A stretch of DNA of 30,833 nucleotides from Candidatus Iainarchaeum sp. (GCA_028710695.1 JAQTTP010000008.1:1-30833), one strand, 5' to 3'; counted from the first letter of the stretch, positions 16,719 through 25,755 are shown. Translations and numbers: made by a program. Notes: a model not told the origin generated them from the sequence alone.

Positions 16719-19391
16719 TGCGTAATTAGTTGTGCTTTCTACTATTCCATTACTAACAGTTAGAACTTGTGCTTCTCCATAAGAGTTTGAAGTAAGAACT
16801 AAAAGCTTTCCATCTGCCCTTATTTCTAAATCAGAAGCATCTAAACCATTTGTAGGAATATTGTATTCAGTTCCGCTGTAAACATCTAGGATTAAAGCAT
16901 CACTACCATCTAATAAAGCATAGCCAACTTCTAAATCAGCAAGAGAATACCCTTCTGGTATAGGGAAAGTATATTCATTTGTTTTTGCTAAGCTAGAGTT
17001 TAGTTCCCATACTTTGAATTCTGTGTTATTTGTAAGAAGAACAGCAACCTTATCAGTATGGTTGGTTACTAATCTTAATAGTTTCCAAGAACTATCTGGA
17101 AGAGCTATTGTTGTGCTTCCGATGTTCTGTGCTTTGTTGTTGAACTTTATTATAACTGCCTTGTTTTGTAAGTTTTGATATAGGATCAAAGGATTACTTC
17201 CAAGTAAGGACATGTAAACAGGGTATCTGTTAGTTGTTGAAAACAATGATTTAATTAGCTTGTTTCCACCATATGCATCTTGTCTATAAAGTCCTAAGCT
17301 TCCATTTGGGCCAGTCCATAATCCCCACCAAAGAGAAGGGATTTTTTGTTCAACATCTATTGAAAGGATATTATATGTCGGGTAATCAAAGAAACTTTGG
17401 TTTATTATTCCGTTTGAACCGTAGTCAAAACTTACAGACCATTTACCGCTATTTTTCCATACTACTCCGCTGTAATCTAATAAACTTGCTAAGAACTTTG
17501 CTTCCCATGAAGAAACAATTTTTACAATACATTCTGAACTCTCACAACCAAATTCACAAGTCTTTACTAAAATCTCATTCTTGTTGCTTTGGCAGCTTGA
17601 GTTGAATAGCCCTGGGTTTAAACAACCAAAGGAAGTTATCTCTTTGTAAACATTTCCGCTTTTACAATAATTTGCGCTTTCTGATGGTGCACCACAATCT
17701 AAATCTAGAGTACAGGAAGGCACAAAACAAGAACCCTCATAACAAGAGTTAGAGCAAGTTTCTTGTAAAACATTTTCTGTTTTTACAACACAATTTGCTA
17801 ATAGAGTTCCTGGATTTTCACAAGTTGGAATATCTTTTGTCTTTAAAACATTATTTTCTGAGCAAAAGTTGCTTGATGTCCAGCTCTCAGTTCCACAATC
17901 AGTATTTGAGAAACATTTTGGAACAACACAAGCACCAGCTTCACAGCCGTACTCACAATCTTCTACTAAGGTATCAACAAGATTATTTGAACAAGAGGAA
18001 GTCCATTTTCCGGCATCATTACAGGAAAACATTTGCTTTTTCTTGTAAACATCATTGTTTTGACAATAATTTTCTCCAACAAGAGCATCTGCCCCACAAT
18101 CTGTGTTTAGGAAGCAAGAAATTTTCTTACACTCTCCGCTAAAACACTCTTGGGTTGGAGAACAACTTTCCATTAAAATATTTCCTGTGTTTTTTGAACA
18201 AGATGAACTTGTTGTTCCAGGATTATTACATGTAAATGTTTCTTTTTGTTTGAATACATTATTTTCAGAACAGAAATTATTACCTATAAATGAATCTACT
18301 CCACAGTCAGTATTAGCAAAACAAGCTATATCTTTACATTGTGAAGATTCACATAATTGACTAGAAGAACACTGCTGAACTAAGTTAGTAACTGTTTCTT
18401 TTTTACAGTATGATGCAGTTGTTCCTGGATTAACACAGGTATTTACTAAGGTGTCTTTCTTCAAAGCATTAGTTGAACAATAATTTGCTGAATCTGTGTT
18501 TGTTCCACATTCTAGATTTGTAGAACAGGCAATCTGCTGTGGAAGTGGTGTAGAATTATTAATAAAGAAAGTCCAAATTGACTCATTCTTTGTTTTGTCA
18601 TAGTTGTGGCCCATTCCAGTTAAAGAAATTAATTGATTTGGGTGGCCTTTGTTTGTTAATTCTGTTTGTAATTTTTGATCCCATGAATAAGGAACTACTG
18701 AATCATCAGTAGAGTGTATCAAAAGTCCGGGAACTTTTAATGCTGCATTTGTTTTTGCATTAGTTGCAGCTATTGGGAAATAAAACATATTATAATAGTT
18801 TACTAATCCCCCTGAATGCCCTGCAAAAGCAGTAACCTTGCTTGGCAAACACATTGAGGCATAATAACTAAATAAAGCACCATATGAGTGGCCCATAAAG
18901 TAAACGTGATCTGCAGATACTTTGTAATCTGTACTTAATTTTGTTAGGATGTTGCTAACAAAATCTAAATCTTGGGAGTCACATTTGTTTGATGCTTGGA
19001 TATGACCTATGTCCCATCGAATATATTTTTGGTTTCCTGGGAAACCAGCTACATCATATTCGGGAATGTTTACCCATAAAAACGAAAAATTCTTTGGGGG
19101 TAAGTTCTTTAGTGAATCAGGGAAAACAGCAATAAAGCCCTTGCTATCAGCTAAGCCTTTTATATTGTAATAATCACTTGCTGCAAAAGTGGCATCGCTT
19201 CCCATTCCGTGGAACATATAAACCAGCGGATAGGTTTTTGTTGCGTCAAATCCTGTTGGCAAATAAACCAAATATGTTCTTTCAATACCCCTTATTGTTG
19301 TTTTCTGGGTTAAGAGACTTCCTGCAAAAGTAAAAGATGCAAGAATTAAAATTAAAAGAATTGTAATAACTATCTTTGAAAAGTTGTTCAC
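16707..19391 (-). CDS. secreted alpha/beta-hydrolase (PHB-depolymerase/feruloyl-esterase-like) fused to five Cys-rich modules and an unknown C-terminal domain
   Basis: GTG start with GGGGTGA upstream. Signal peptide. RTYLVYLP..YPLVYMFHGMG, nucleophile elbow GHSYG, HSTDDSVVP and GMGHNY (Ser/Asp/His order). Five ~65-aa repeats follow, then ~270 aa with no recognised motif. Confidence 0.7.
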   Translation of the reverse strand: MNNFSKIVITILLILILASFTFAGSLLTQKTTIRGIERTYLVYLPTGFDATKTYPLVYMFHGMGSDATFAASDYYNIKGLADSKGFIAVFPDSLKNLPPKNFSFLWVNIPEYDVAGFPGNQKYIRWDIGHIQASNKCDSQDLDFVSNILTKLSTDYKVSADHVYFMGHSYGALFSYYASMCLPSKVTAFAGHSGGLVNYYNMFYFPIAATNAKTNAALKVPGLLIHSTDDSVVPYSWDQKLQTELTNKGHPNQLISLTGMGHNYDKTKNESIWTFFINNSTPLPQQIACSTNLECGTNTDSANYCSTNALKKDTLVNTCVNPGTTASYCKKETVTNLVQQCSSSQLCESSQCKDIACFANTDCGVDSFIGNNFCSENNVFKQKETFTCNNPGTTSSSCSKNTGNILMESCSPTQECFSGECKKISCFLNTDCGADALVGENYCQNNDVYKKKQMFSCNDAGKWTSSCSNNLVDTLVEDCEYGCEAGACVVPKCFSNTDCGTESWTSSNFCSENNVLKTKDIPTCENPGTLLANCVVKTENVLQETCSNSCYEGSCFVPSCTLDLDCGAPSESANYCKSGNVYKEITSFGCLNPGLFNSSCQSNKNEILVKTCEFGCESSECIVKIVSSWEAKFLASLLDYSGVVWKNSGKWSVSFDYGSNGIINQSFFDYPTYNILSIDVEQKIPSLWWGLWTGPNGSLGLYRQDAYGGNKLIKSLFSTTNRYPVYMSLLGSNPLILYQNLQNKAVIIKFNNKAQNIGSTTIALPDSSWKLLRLVTNHTDKVAVLLTNNTEFKVWELNSSLAKTNEYTFPIPEGYSLADLEVGYALLDGSDALILDVYSGTEYNIPTNGLDASDLEIRADGKLLVLTSNSYGEAQVLTVSNGIVESTTNYAAPN
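17529..18527 (-). repeat. five tandem Cys-rich coding modules (aa 289-621 of the esterase)
   Basis: Each unit reads C-x3-(D/E)CG-x~10-C-x~13-C-x-NPG-x5-C-x~12-C-x3-5-C-x3-C, for example ACFANTDCGVDSFIGNNFCSENNVFKQKETFTCNNPGTTSSSCSKNTGNILMESCSPTQECFSGEC. Confidence 0.75.
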
Positions 19392-19480
19392 TATAAATCA
19401 CCCCAATAGTAGATAAATAACTATTACCAAATATATATATCTTACTCAATTATTCTTTATTTTTCTCTTTCTAAAAGGGT

Positions 19481-20584
19481 TTACTTTGCTGTTTTACAAT
19501 TTAACTGTGGCCCTTTTGTGAGTAATGGAACTCCCAAAGGTGTTTCTTGACAACCTAACTCTAATTCTGTTGTGCAATTTTCTTTTTGTGGCAAAACAAA
19601 CACTCTAAATGGGAATTGGGTTGCCATTGCAGCACCCCCAATGGGTATCGGGGTTTCTGGAATAATACAACTATATGCCAGTCCATCTATTGCATACCAT
19701 TGATTTCCTATTTGTAATGCTGTATAATAATGGCCCGCAGAATATGCAAAGAAATCTTCTATAGTTGTTAGTCCCATTCCAGTCATTTTTGTTTTTATCT
19801 TTTCAATATTTGGAACTTTTTTTGTAATTCCGTTTTCGTCAGTTTCAATTGAAAAATATTCTAATGGCCAATTGCCGGCCAAGTTTGCAACAATAAGCTT
19901 ATCTCTTGGTATTCCTAACCTTGTGAGTAAAGCATATGTTACAAATCCACCTTGTATGCAAGCAGCAAGGCAGATCTTACCAGTATCTTTGAATAGTTCT
20001 GCCTGGGTGCTCAAGTGATCTATGTTTTGTGAACTTGACTCTACATATTGCATTGATACTGGGCAATCTCCAGTTTCGGCATTGTTTTTATACCAATCAA
20101 ATAAGTTCTTCACAATAGCCCACATTTCTTGGTCCGTTAATTTTTTGTTAAAATTATGCCCATAATTTTTGTCAATGCTTTTTAGTAATGTATCAATTGT
20201 ATCGTTTTGTGTGTAAATATCTTCCAAAACATTTTCTGGTTTTTTTGAATCTTTAAAAGAAACGTTTTTTGTCAAGAATTTGGTGAATGGCTCTTTGTTT
20301 ATTTCAGAAATTTTTTTAAATATGCCTTCAGTTTTGTTAAGAATATAGTAATAGCTTCCATTCGTTAATTTTATTTTTTTGTATTGCACTTTTCCAATCC
20401 TGTCTGATTCTAATTCCAAATATTCTTGAGCATCCTCAAATTTAATGTCATTCAAATCTATTGTGTTTTTTATATTGGGATCTTTTTGTGTATTTGTGTC
20501 TTCTGTACTAGTTATGTCTGAAGTACAGCCACTAAACAAGAAAATTACGAAAATGAGTAATAAAAACAAAAATATTTTTTTCAT
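19481..20584 (-). CDS. putative lipoprotein with a transglutaminase-like (Cys-His-Asp) core
   Basis: Lipobox-like FLFSGC|TSD. GKICLAACIQGGFVTYALLTRLGIPRDKLIV resembles G.C..FA..f.al.Ra.GIPAR.V. AGHYYTALQIGNQWYAIDG resembles H.W.EV...g.W...D. Confidence 0.45.
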   Translation of the reverse strand: MKKIFLFLLLIFVIFLFSGCTSDITSTEDTNTQKDPNIKNTIDLNDIKFEDAQEYLELESDRIGKVQYKKIKLTNGSYYYILNKTEGIFKKISEINKEPFTKFLTKNVSFKDSKKPENVLEDIYTQNDTIDTLLKSIDKNYGHNFNKKLTDQEMWAIVKNLFDWYKNNAETGDCPVSMQYVESSSQNIDHLSTQAELFKDTGKICLAACIQGGFVTYALLTRLGIPRDKLIVANLAGNWPLEYFSIETDENGITKKVPNIEKIKTKMTGMGLTTIEDFFAYSAGHYYTALQIGNQWYAIDGLAYSCIIPETPIPIGGAAMATQFPFRVFVLPQKENCTTELELGCQETPLGVPLLTKGPQLNCKTAK

Positions 20585-20587
20585 AAT

Positions 20588-20619
20588 AAAAAAAAGGAAG
20601 ATAAGAATAAATTCTTATC
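20588..20619 (-). terminator. hairpin + T8 terminator after asnS
   Basis: On the minus strand: GATAAGAAT-TT-ATTCTTATC, then TTCC and TTTTTTTT, immediately before the next ATG. Confidence 0.6.
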
Positions 20620-20621
20620 AG

Positions 20622-21905
20622 TTATGGGTAAAATCTATTTGGAGTTCTGGGGAATGCAATTGCATCTTTAATGTTCTCTAATCCGCAGATCCATCTTACT
20701 ACTCTTTCTAGGCCCATTCCGAATCCAGAGTGAGGAACACTTCCATATTTTCTTGTGTCTAAGTAGAATCCATAGTTCTTTGGATCTTCGCCCATCTCCT
20801 TTAATCTTTTCTTAATTGAATCTATGTTGGACTCTCTTTCAGAACCACCAACAATCTCCCCAATCCCTTCTGGAGCCAGGAAATCCGAACCTAAAACAAC
20901 ATCTTTGTTTTTGTCATCTTCTTTCATATAGAAAGCTTTTACTTTTTTTGGATAATGAGTCACTATAACCGGGACATCATACAAGCTCATAAGTTTCTCT
21001 TCTTCTACAGTTCGTAGATCTTTTCCCCATTCTATGTCCATTTTACATTTATCTTTTAGAATTTTTAGTGCCTCAGTATAAGTAATCTGTGGGAACTTTT
21101 TCTTTACTGTTGGTTCTAGCTTTTTTGGATCTCTCCCAAGAACTTCAAGTTCTTTTCTGTTTTTATCAAGAACTGCTTTTACACAGGCCTTAATCAAACC
21201 TTCACCAACTTCTAGCATATCTTCAAACTTCATCCAAGCCATCTCTGCTTCAATCATCCAGAATTCGGTTAGATGTCGTGAAGTAATAGATTTCTCTGCT
21301 CTAAATGTTGGAGAAACTGTGTAAATTTTTTCCATAGAAAATATTCCTGCTTCTGCAGGTAATTGCCATGTCTGAGTAAGATACATTTTTTTATCAAAAT
21401 ACTTAACTTCAAAAAGTTCACTTCCACCTTCACATTGAGTGGACTGGAATATTGGGCTTTGAAACTCATTAAAGCCCTGGCCTCTAAAATATTCATGGAT
21501 TGCACCAGTAACTGTGCTTCTGATTTTTAAAATTGCATTCATTTTTCTGCTTCTCAGCCATAAATGCCTGTTATCTGCTAAGAATTCTGTAGAAAAGTCT
21601 TTTTGAATAGGGAAATCTTCTCCAATATCAACAACATCAAGCTTAGTTGCCTGGATTTCATAGCCGTTTGGGGCTTTTTCTGATTTAATTAATTTTCCTT
21701 TAACTATAAGTGCTGATTCCATCTTAAGTTTTTCAGCATCATTAAAAGAGGAGGCATTATTGCTAAAAACCACTTGGATAATATCATCTGTATCACGAAC
21801 TACTGCAAAGACTTTGTCTTTCATCTTTCTTATTCTGTGAACCCATCCTTTGATTTCAACTTCCTTTCCTTCTTTGTGTTCTTCTAAAACTTTTGCTATA
21901 TACAC
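20622..21905 (-). CDS. asnS: asparaginyl-tRNA synthetase
   Basis: Class IIb aaRS with an N-terminal OB domain. Motif 2 FRAEKSITSRHLTEFWMIEAEMAW and motif 3 GFGMGLERVV. The AsnRS-type tail is YLDTRKYGSVPHSGFG....AIAFPRTPNRFYP. Confidence 0.8.
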   Translation of the reverse strand: MYIAKVLEEHKEGKEVEIKGWVHRIRKMKDKVFAVVRDTDDIIQVVFSNNASSFNDAEKLKMESALIVKGKLIKSEKAPNGYEIQATKLDVVDIGEDFPIQKDFSTEFLADNRHLWLRSRKMNAILKIRSTVTGAIHEYFRGQGFNEFQSPIFQSTQCEGGSELFEVKYFDKKMYLTQTWQLPAEAGIFSMEKIYTVSPTFRAEKSITSRHLTEFWMIEAEMAWMKFEDMLEVGEGLIKACVKAVLDKNRKELEVLGRDPKKLEPTVKKKFPQITYTEALKILKDKCKMDIEWGKDLRTVEEEKLMSLYDVPVIVTHYPKKVKAFYMKEDDKNKDVVLGSDFLAPEGIGEIVGGSERESNIDSIKKRLKEMGEDPKNYGFYLDTRKYGSVPHSGFGMGLERVVRWICGLENIKDAIAFPRTPNRFYP

Positions 21906-21986
21906 AATACCACCTCTTCTATATACAATAAATATATAATATTTTTAAATGATGCTAATTATGATTATATAGTTTGGGGTATTGAT

Positions 21987-22463
21987 ATGCCATTTCCTGC
22001 ATTACATGTTTTATTTAATATTGGTGCTTTCTATCCTTTCAGAAAATATTTTGGAAAGTACTGGCTTGTATTTGCTGGACTTTCTGGATTAGTAATGGAT
22101 TTAGATTTTGCATTACAATTTATTCTTGGGCCGGATTCATTTTTTGCACATGGGTATTTCTTCCATACAATTGGGTTTGTGCTGTGTTTATTAGCAATTT
22201 CTTTGGTTGTGTTTTTGAAAAACAAAGAATATGGAAAATATGGACTTATTATTGCAGGCGGAGCATTGTTACACTTACTTTTAGATTATATCCTTGGGGG
22301 CGGAAAATATTATTTGGCATTATTCTACCCCTTCTATTCTGGCGGATTCCACTTACACCTTTTGATGTCTTTTAAAGAAAACGACATTTTTGGAATTCTG
22401 GATGCAATAGCAATATTTATTTCTTTGGGTGTTTATTTTATAATCTTAAAAACTAGGAAATAG
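21987..22463 (+). CDS. YdjM/DUF457-like membrane-bound metal-dependent hydrolase
   Basis: 158 aa with 4-5 TM segments. GLVMDLDFA....FFAHGYFFHTIG resembles the ..PD.D....HRG.THS signature. SD TGGGGT upstream. Ends 7 nt before the next gene. Confidence 0.5.
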   Translation: MPFPALHVLFNIGAFYPFRKYFGKYWLVFAGLSGLVMDLDFALQFILGPDSFFAHGYFFHTIGFVLCLLAISLVVFLKNKEYGKYGLIIAGGALLHLLLDYILGGGKYYLALFYPFYSGGFHLHLLMSFKENDIFGILDAIAIFISLGVYFIILKTRK

Positions 22464-22470
22464 GGGTTGC

Positions 22471-24669
22471 ATGAACAAATATTTTATTGTAATTATTTTT
22501 TGTGTTCTTTTTGCTGCTTGCTCATACTCTTATACCTGGTCATTAACCCAAGTTGAGGCAATTGGAACTGGGACTGCAGGGTATCCTTATCTATTAAAAA
22601 TGGATGTAACGTCTGATGGTATTCCAAATCTAATTTATAGAAATAATTCAGGTTCTAATTTAAGACACGCATACTATTCGAGTGGAAGTTGGACTATAGC
22701 GAATATTGGGGCTTATAACCCACAATATATTTGGGCCTGTATGGACCCAAGTGACAATTTGCATGTTTCTTATTATGACCTTACAAGTGCAAACAGGGAT
22801 ATGAGGTATCTAAAATGGACTGATGCAACATCTTCGTGGCAAGCAAGCCCAACCATTGTGGATCAAAGCCACACAGTTATTGGACAATACAGCTCAATAG
22901 CCTCAGATAGCAGTGGAAACTTAGGGCTGGCTTATTTGGATTATTACAGTACCTCCGCCGTAGATGACTTGTATTATGCTTACTATAATGGCTCTTGGGC
23001 CACAACTGGAATTGATGTAAATGCCTCTGAAAAGGATGGATATAACACGGCAATTGTTTTTGATAGCTCTGGGTTTGCCCATATAGTTTATTGTGATAAC
23101 ACAAATTATGATTTGAAATATGCAACAAATAGTTCTGGATCTTGGGTGATATCAAGGGTTGACACAAGCGATGTTTGTTGGGGTAATGGTGTGGGTTTAG
23201 CAATAGATACTTCCGATAATCTTTATGCTTGTTATTGGGATAGGGGGGGCAATTTTACTCAAGACCTGAAGTTTGCATATTATAATGGAAGTTGGAGTAC
23301 CGAGACTGCAGCATCTACTGACGTTGTTGGAAAATACTGTTCAATAGACGTAAACTCAAGTGGCGTACCGCACATATCACATTTTAACGACACTGATAAC
23401 ACTTTAGAAATGGCATACAAAGTTGAATCTACTTGGTATACAGAGGTAGTAGACACTAATTCAAATTCTGGAATATATGGTACTAGTCTTAAAATAGATG
23501 CAGATAATAATGTGCACATTGGATATTTAATAAACCCTGGAACAAGTGGATTTGTGGGGTATGCTTTTGCTGCGGGACCTGTAGTGCCTGTAGCAAGCTA
23601 TTTTGATGTAAATTATACCACTCCTACTTCTGGCAACTATAATACTGAGGTCCAAGATGTTGAATTTTATAGCACTACTTCCGATCCGTCTACTGGCCTA
23701 AATCTAAAAATTTATGTTTCTAGCAGCCAAGGCGGATTTGAAACAGAATTAGTGGATTTAAATGTATTAGATTATGCGAATATATCTGGAATGTCTTGTG
23801 TAGATTCGAACTTCCAAGATTCAACAAGATGTGTTTATGATTTGAATGTGGTGGGCGTAACTGATGGAAATTATTATATTGACTTAAACTTGTATAATAC
23901 AACAACATCTAGTACTGATTCAAGTACGGGGACTTTAAGAATTGATCATACCGCACCAACTATTTCATCCGTAAGTATGAATTCTGAGAGTCAACTAACC
24001 GGAAGTAATTATGCTTTAACTGCAACAATATCTGACGCGGGATCTGGGCTTGACGGGAACGAAATTTATATTTGTTGGAGCCCAAGTTCAAGTGAAGTAG
24101 CATGTACTTCTGGAAGTTGGGATTGTCATTTAGGAGATATGGTAAACACAGCGGGAAATAGTTATAGCGCGACTATTTCAGCAAGTGTAAAAGATACATC
24201 CGGAGTTTGGAATTGTAAAATTTATGCAACAGATGTTTTGGGATTATCAAATAGTGGAACAGATACTGAAACAATGCAAACTACTACTGGAATTACTGTG
24301 GACGCTGCGTCAGCAATCTATTCTGGAAATCCCAACACTACTGAGAATGATATTCTAACAGATCAGGCCCACAATTATTTAGTGGTTACACATAATGGAA
24401 ATTCATCAATAAATGTTGATGTTAACGGAAACCCGTTTACATCTGGGGGAAATATTATTACTCCAAATCTTCAAAAATTTAAAAATAGTGATGATTACGG
24501 CTCTGCAGTATCTATGACTGGTTCATCTCAAAGACTTATAACTACTTGGGGGTCAGGGAGCTACCCTACAAGTGATAATTTTAGTATGTGGTTTTGGCTA
24601 GATATTCCTGTTGGGGCATATCACGGAGATTATAGTAGTTCTATAGTTTTTACAAGTGAGGGGTCTTAG
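22471..24669 (+). CDS. large surface protein A: lipobox-like signal, 7-repeat beta-propeller, Ig-like modules, C-terminal domain shared with protein B
   Basis: MNKYFIVIIFCVLFAAC. Seven ~45-aa repeats (D.SG..H+.Y.D....L.YA...GSW). IDHTAPTISSV and SDAGSGLDG are Ig-like module starts. The last 126 aa are paralogous to the end of B. Confidence 0.75.
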   Translation: MNKYFIVIIFCVLFAACSYSYTWSLTQVEAIGTGTAGYPYLLKMDVTSDGIPNLIYRNNSGSNLRHAYYSSGSWTIANIGAYNPQYIWACMDPSDNLHVSYYDLTSANRDMRYLKWTDATSSWQASPTIVDQSHTVIGQYSSIASDSSGNLGLAYLDYYSTSAVDDLYYAYYNGSWATTGIDVNASEKDGYNTAIVFDSSGFAHIVYCDNTNYDLKYATNSSGSWVISRVDTSDVCWGNGVGLAIDTSDNLYACYWDRGGNFTQDLKFAYYNGSWSTETAASTDVVGKYCSIDVNSSGVPHISHFNDTDNTLEMAYKVESTWYTEVVDTNSNSGIYGTSLKIDADNNVHIGYLINPGTSGFVGYAFAAGPVVPVASYFDVNYTTPTSGNYNTEVQDVEFYSTTSDPSTGLNLKIYVSSSQGGFETELVDLNVLDYANISGMSCVDSNFQDSTRCVYDLNVVGVTDGNYYIDLNLYNTTTSSTDSSTGTLRIDHTAPTISSVSMNSESQLTGSNYALTATISDAGSGLDGNEIYICWSPSSSEVACTSGSWDCHLGDMVNTAGNSYSATISASVKDTSGVWNCKIYATDVLGLSNSGTDTETMQTTTGITVDAASAIYSGNPNTTENDILTDQAHNYLVVTHNGNSSINVDVNGNPFTSGGNIITPNLQKFKNSDDYGSAVSMTGSSQRLITTWGSGSYPTSDNFSMWFWLDIPVGAYHGDYSSSIVFTSEGS

Positions 24670-24762
24670 TGATTTTTTGCTTGTGAAGATGCAAGGGTTT
24701 ATAAATTATGTTTGTGTTTTATATATACAAATCTTATCACATTTGGATTCAAGGGAGATTGA

Positions 24763-25728
24763 TTGTTTATGATTTCAAATAAAGGCTTTTTGAGAATAGG
24801 AAAATTCTTTTTAATATTTATTTTCGCGGGGCTGTTTATTTTTTTGTTAAATTTTTCTAGTTCTGCTGATGTATCTGTAACTGCAACAGTTGGTAATGCA
24901 AGCCCAATATTGCAAGATGTGAATATTTGTTCAACTAGTTGTGAAAAATATAAAGCACTTGCCCCTGGGACAGCATTCACAGTTCAAGTTATAGCAGGGG
25001 ACCCAAATGGATTAAGTGATATAAATTGGGGTGCAACAGAAATAGAAATCTATACTGTGGCAGATACAAACGCAAGTTCAGCAAGTTGGGATCATGTGAT
25101 TTTGTCAATGGCAGATGGAACCTTGACTCAAACAGATTCTGCAGATGGTTGTACTGCGGAAATAGCTATTACGGATACAAACTGTTTTACTATAGAAGCA
25201 GGGGATTGGACAGTAAAATTTTTAGAGGCTGGGGCAGAAATTTATGTTAAAATTTATGATAAATATGCAGTTCCGGCATCAAGTGATTTAGAAATTGCTT
25301 ATGTTGCGGATACTCTTGGAATCTTAGTTTCTGGAACAACAGGTATGTCATTAGATACGACTGCCGGGACTTTTTCAGGGAGCGCAAATACAACAAATAA
25401 TGCCTTTGACTCTGGACAAACAGTTAATGCTTATATAATTGCTACACATAGCGGAAACCAGAATTTAGAATTAAAAATGGATGCAAGTAGTTTAACTAGT
25501 GGTGGTAACACAATTGCTGATGGCAATATAAGTTGGTATTTAAGTAATGATGCAGTAAGTTCAACACCATTTACTGGTGCAGCAGATACTATCCATACTG
25601 CTTGGGGACGAGGAACAAGTCCAACATCAAGTACAGATAATGTTTATACTTGGTTAGATATTCCTATAAGCACACCTACCGGGGATTATACGGGAACTTT
25701 CTCAGTAACTACTGAAGCATCATCATAA
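24763..25728 (+). CDS. secreted protein B: paralog of the C-terminal half of A (Ig-like module + shared C-terminal domain)
   Basis: The likely start is ATG 24769, with GGGAGA ~10 nt upstream. Sec-type signal ending ..FSSSA|DVSVTATV. The C-terminus ..HTAWGRGTSPTSSTDNVYTWLDIPISTPTGDYTGTFSVTTE aligns with ..TTWGSGSYPTSDNFSMWFWLDIPVGAYHGDYSSSIVFTSE in A. Confidence 0.75.
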   Translation: MFMISNKGFLRIGKFFLIFIFAGLFIFLLNFSSSADVSVTATVGNASPILQDVNICSTSCEKYKALAPGTAFTVQVIAGDPNGLSDINWGATEIEIYTVADTNASSASWDHVILSMADGTLTQTDSADGCTAEIAITDTNCFTIEAGDWTVKFLEAGAEIYVKIYDKYAVPASSDLEIAYVADTLGILVSGTTGMSLDTTAGTFSGSANTTNNAFDSGQTVNAYIIATHSGNQNLELKMDASSLTSGGNTIADGNISWYLSNDAVSSTPFTGAADTIHTAWGRGTSPTSSTDNVYTWLDIPISTPTGDYTGTFSVTTEASS

Positions 25729-25755
25729 AAACTTTATCTTCCTTTATTTATTTGA

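Noticed and set aside
17273-18360. Three plus-strand ORFs (110, 115 and 85 aa) antisense to the esterase gene
   Set aside because: They lie opposite the Cys-rich repeat region of a well-supported 894-aa gene. Their compositions are odd (His/Leu/Ser-rich) and they have no SD sequences.
2442-19391. Functional link between the PhaF-like architecture of the Lys-rich protein and the PHB-depolymerase-like esterase (a polyhydroxyalkanoate system)
   Set aside because: The phasin resemblance is architectural only (amphipathic helices plus an H1-like tail). No PHA synthase is present, the genes are 13 kb apart, and the esterase is secreted.
20622-21905. Alternative call as archaeal aspartyl-tRNA synthetase
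   Set aside because: The C-terminal FPRTPNR and the YLDTRKYGSVPHSGFG block fit AsnRS better than the AspRS ..FPRD..R..P pattern. A profile search would still be needed for certainty.
24763-24867. NKG|F near the N-terminus of protein B as a class III (type IV pilin/archaellin-like) signal peptide
   Set aside because: Arg and Lys lie inside the would-be hydrophobic core directly after the putative cleavage site. A normal Sec-type h-region with an SSSA cleavage motif follows.
24289-25725. The shared C-terminal domains of A and B as a diversity-generating-retroelement template/variable repeat pair
   Set aside because: The DNA copies are strongly diverged at all base types, with no adenine-specific pattern. 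No reverse transcriptase gene is present in the window.
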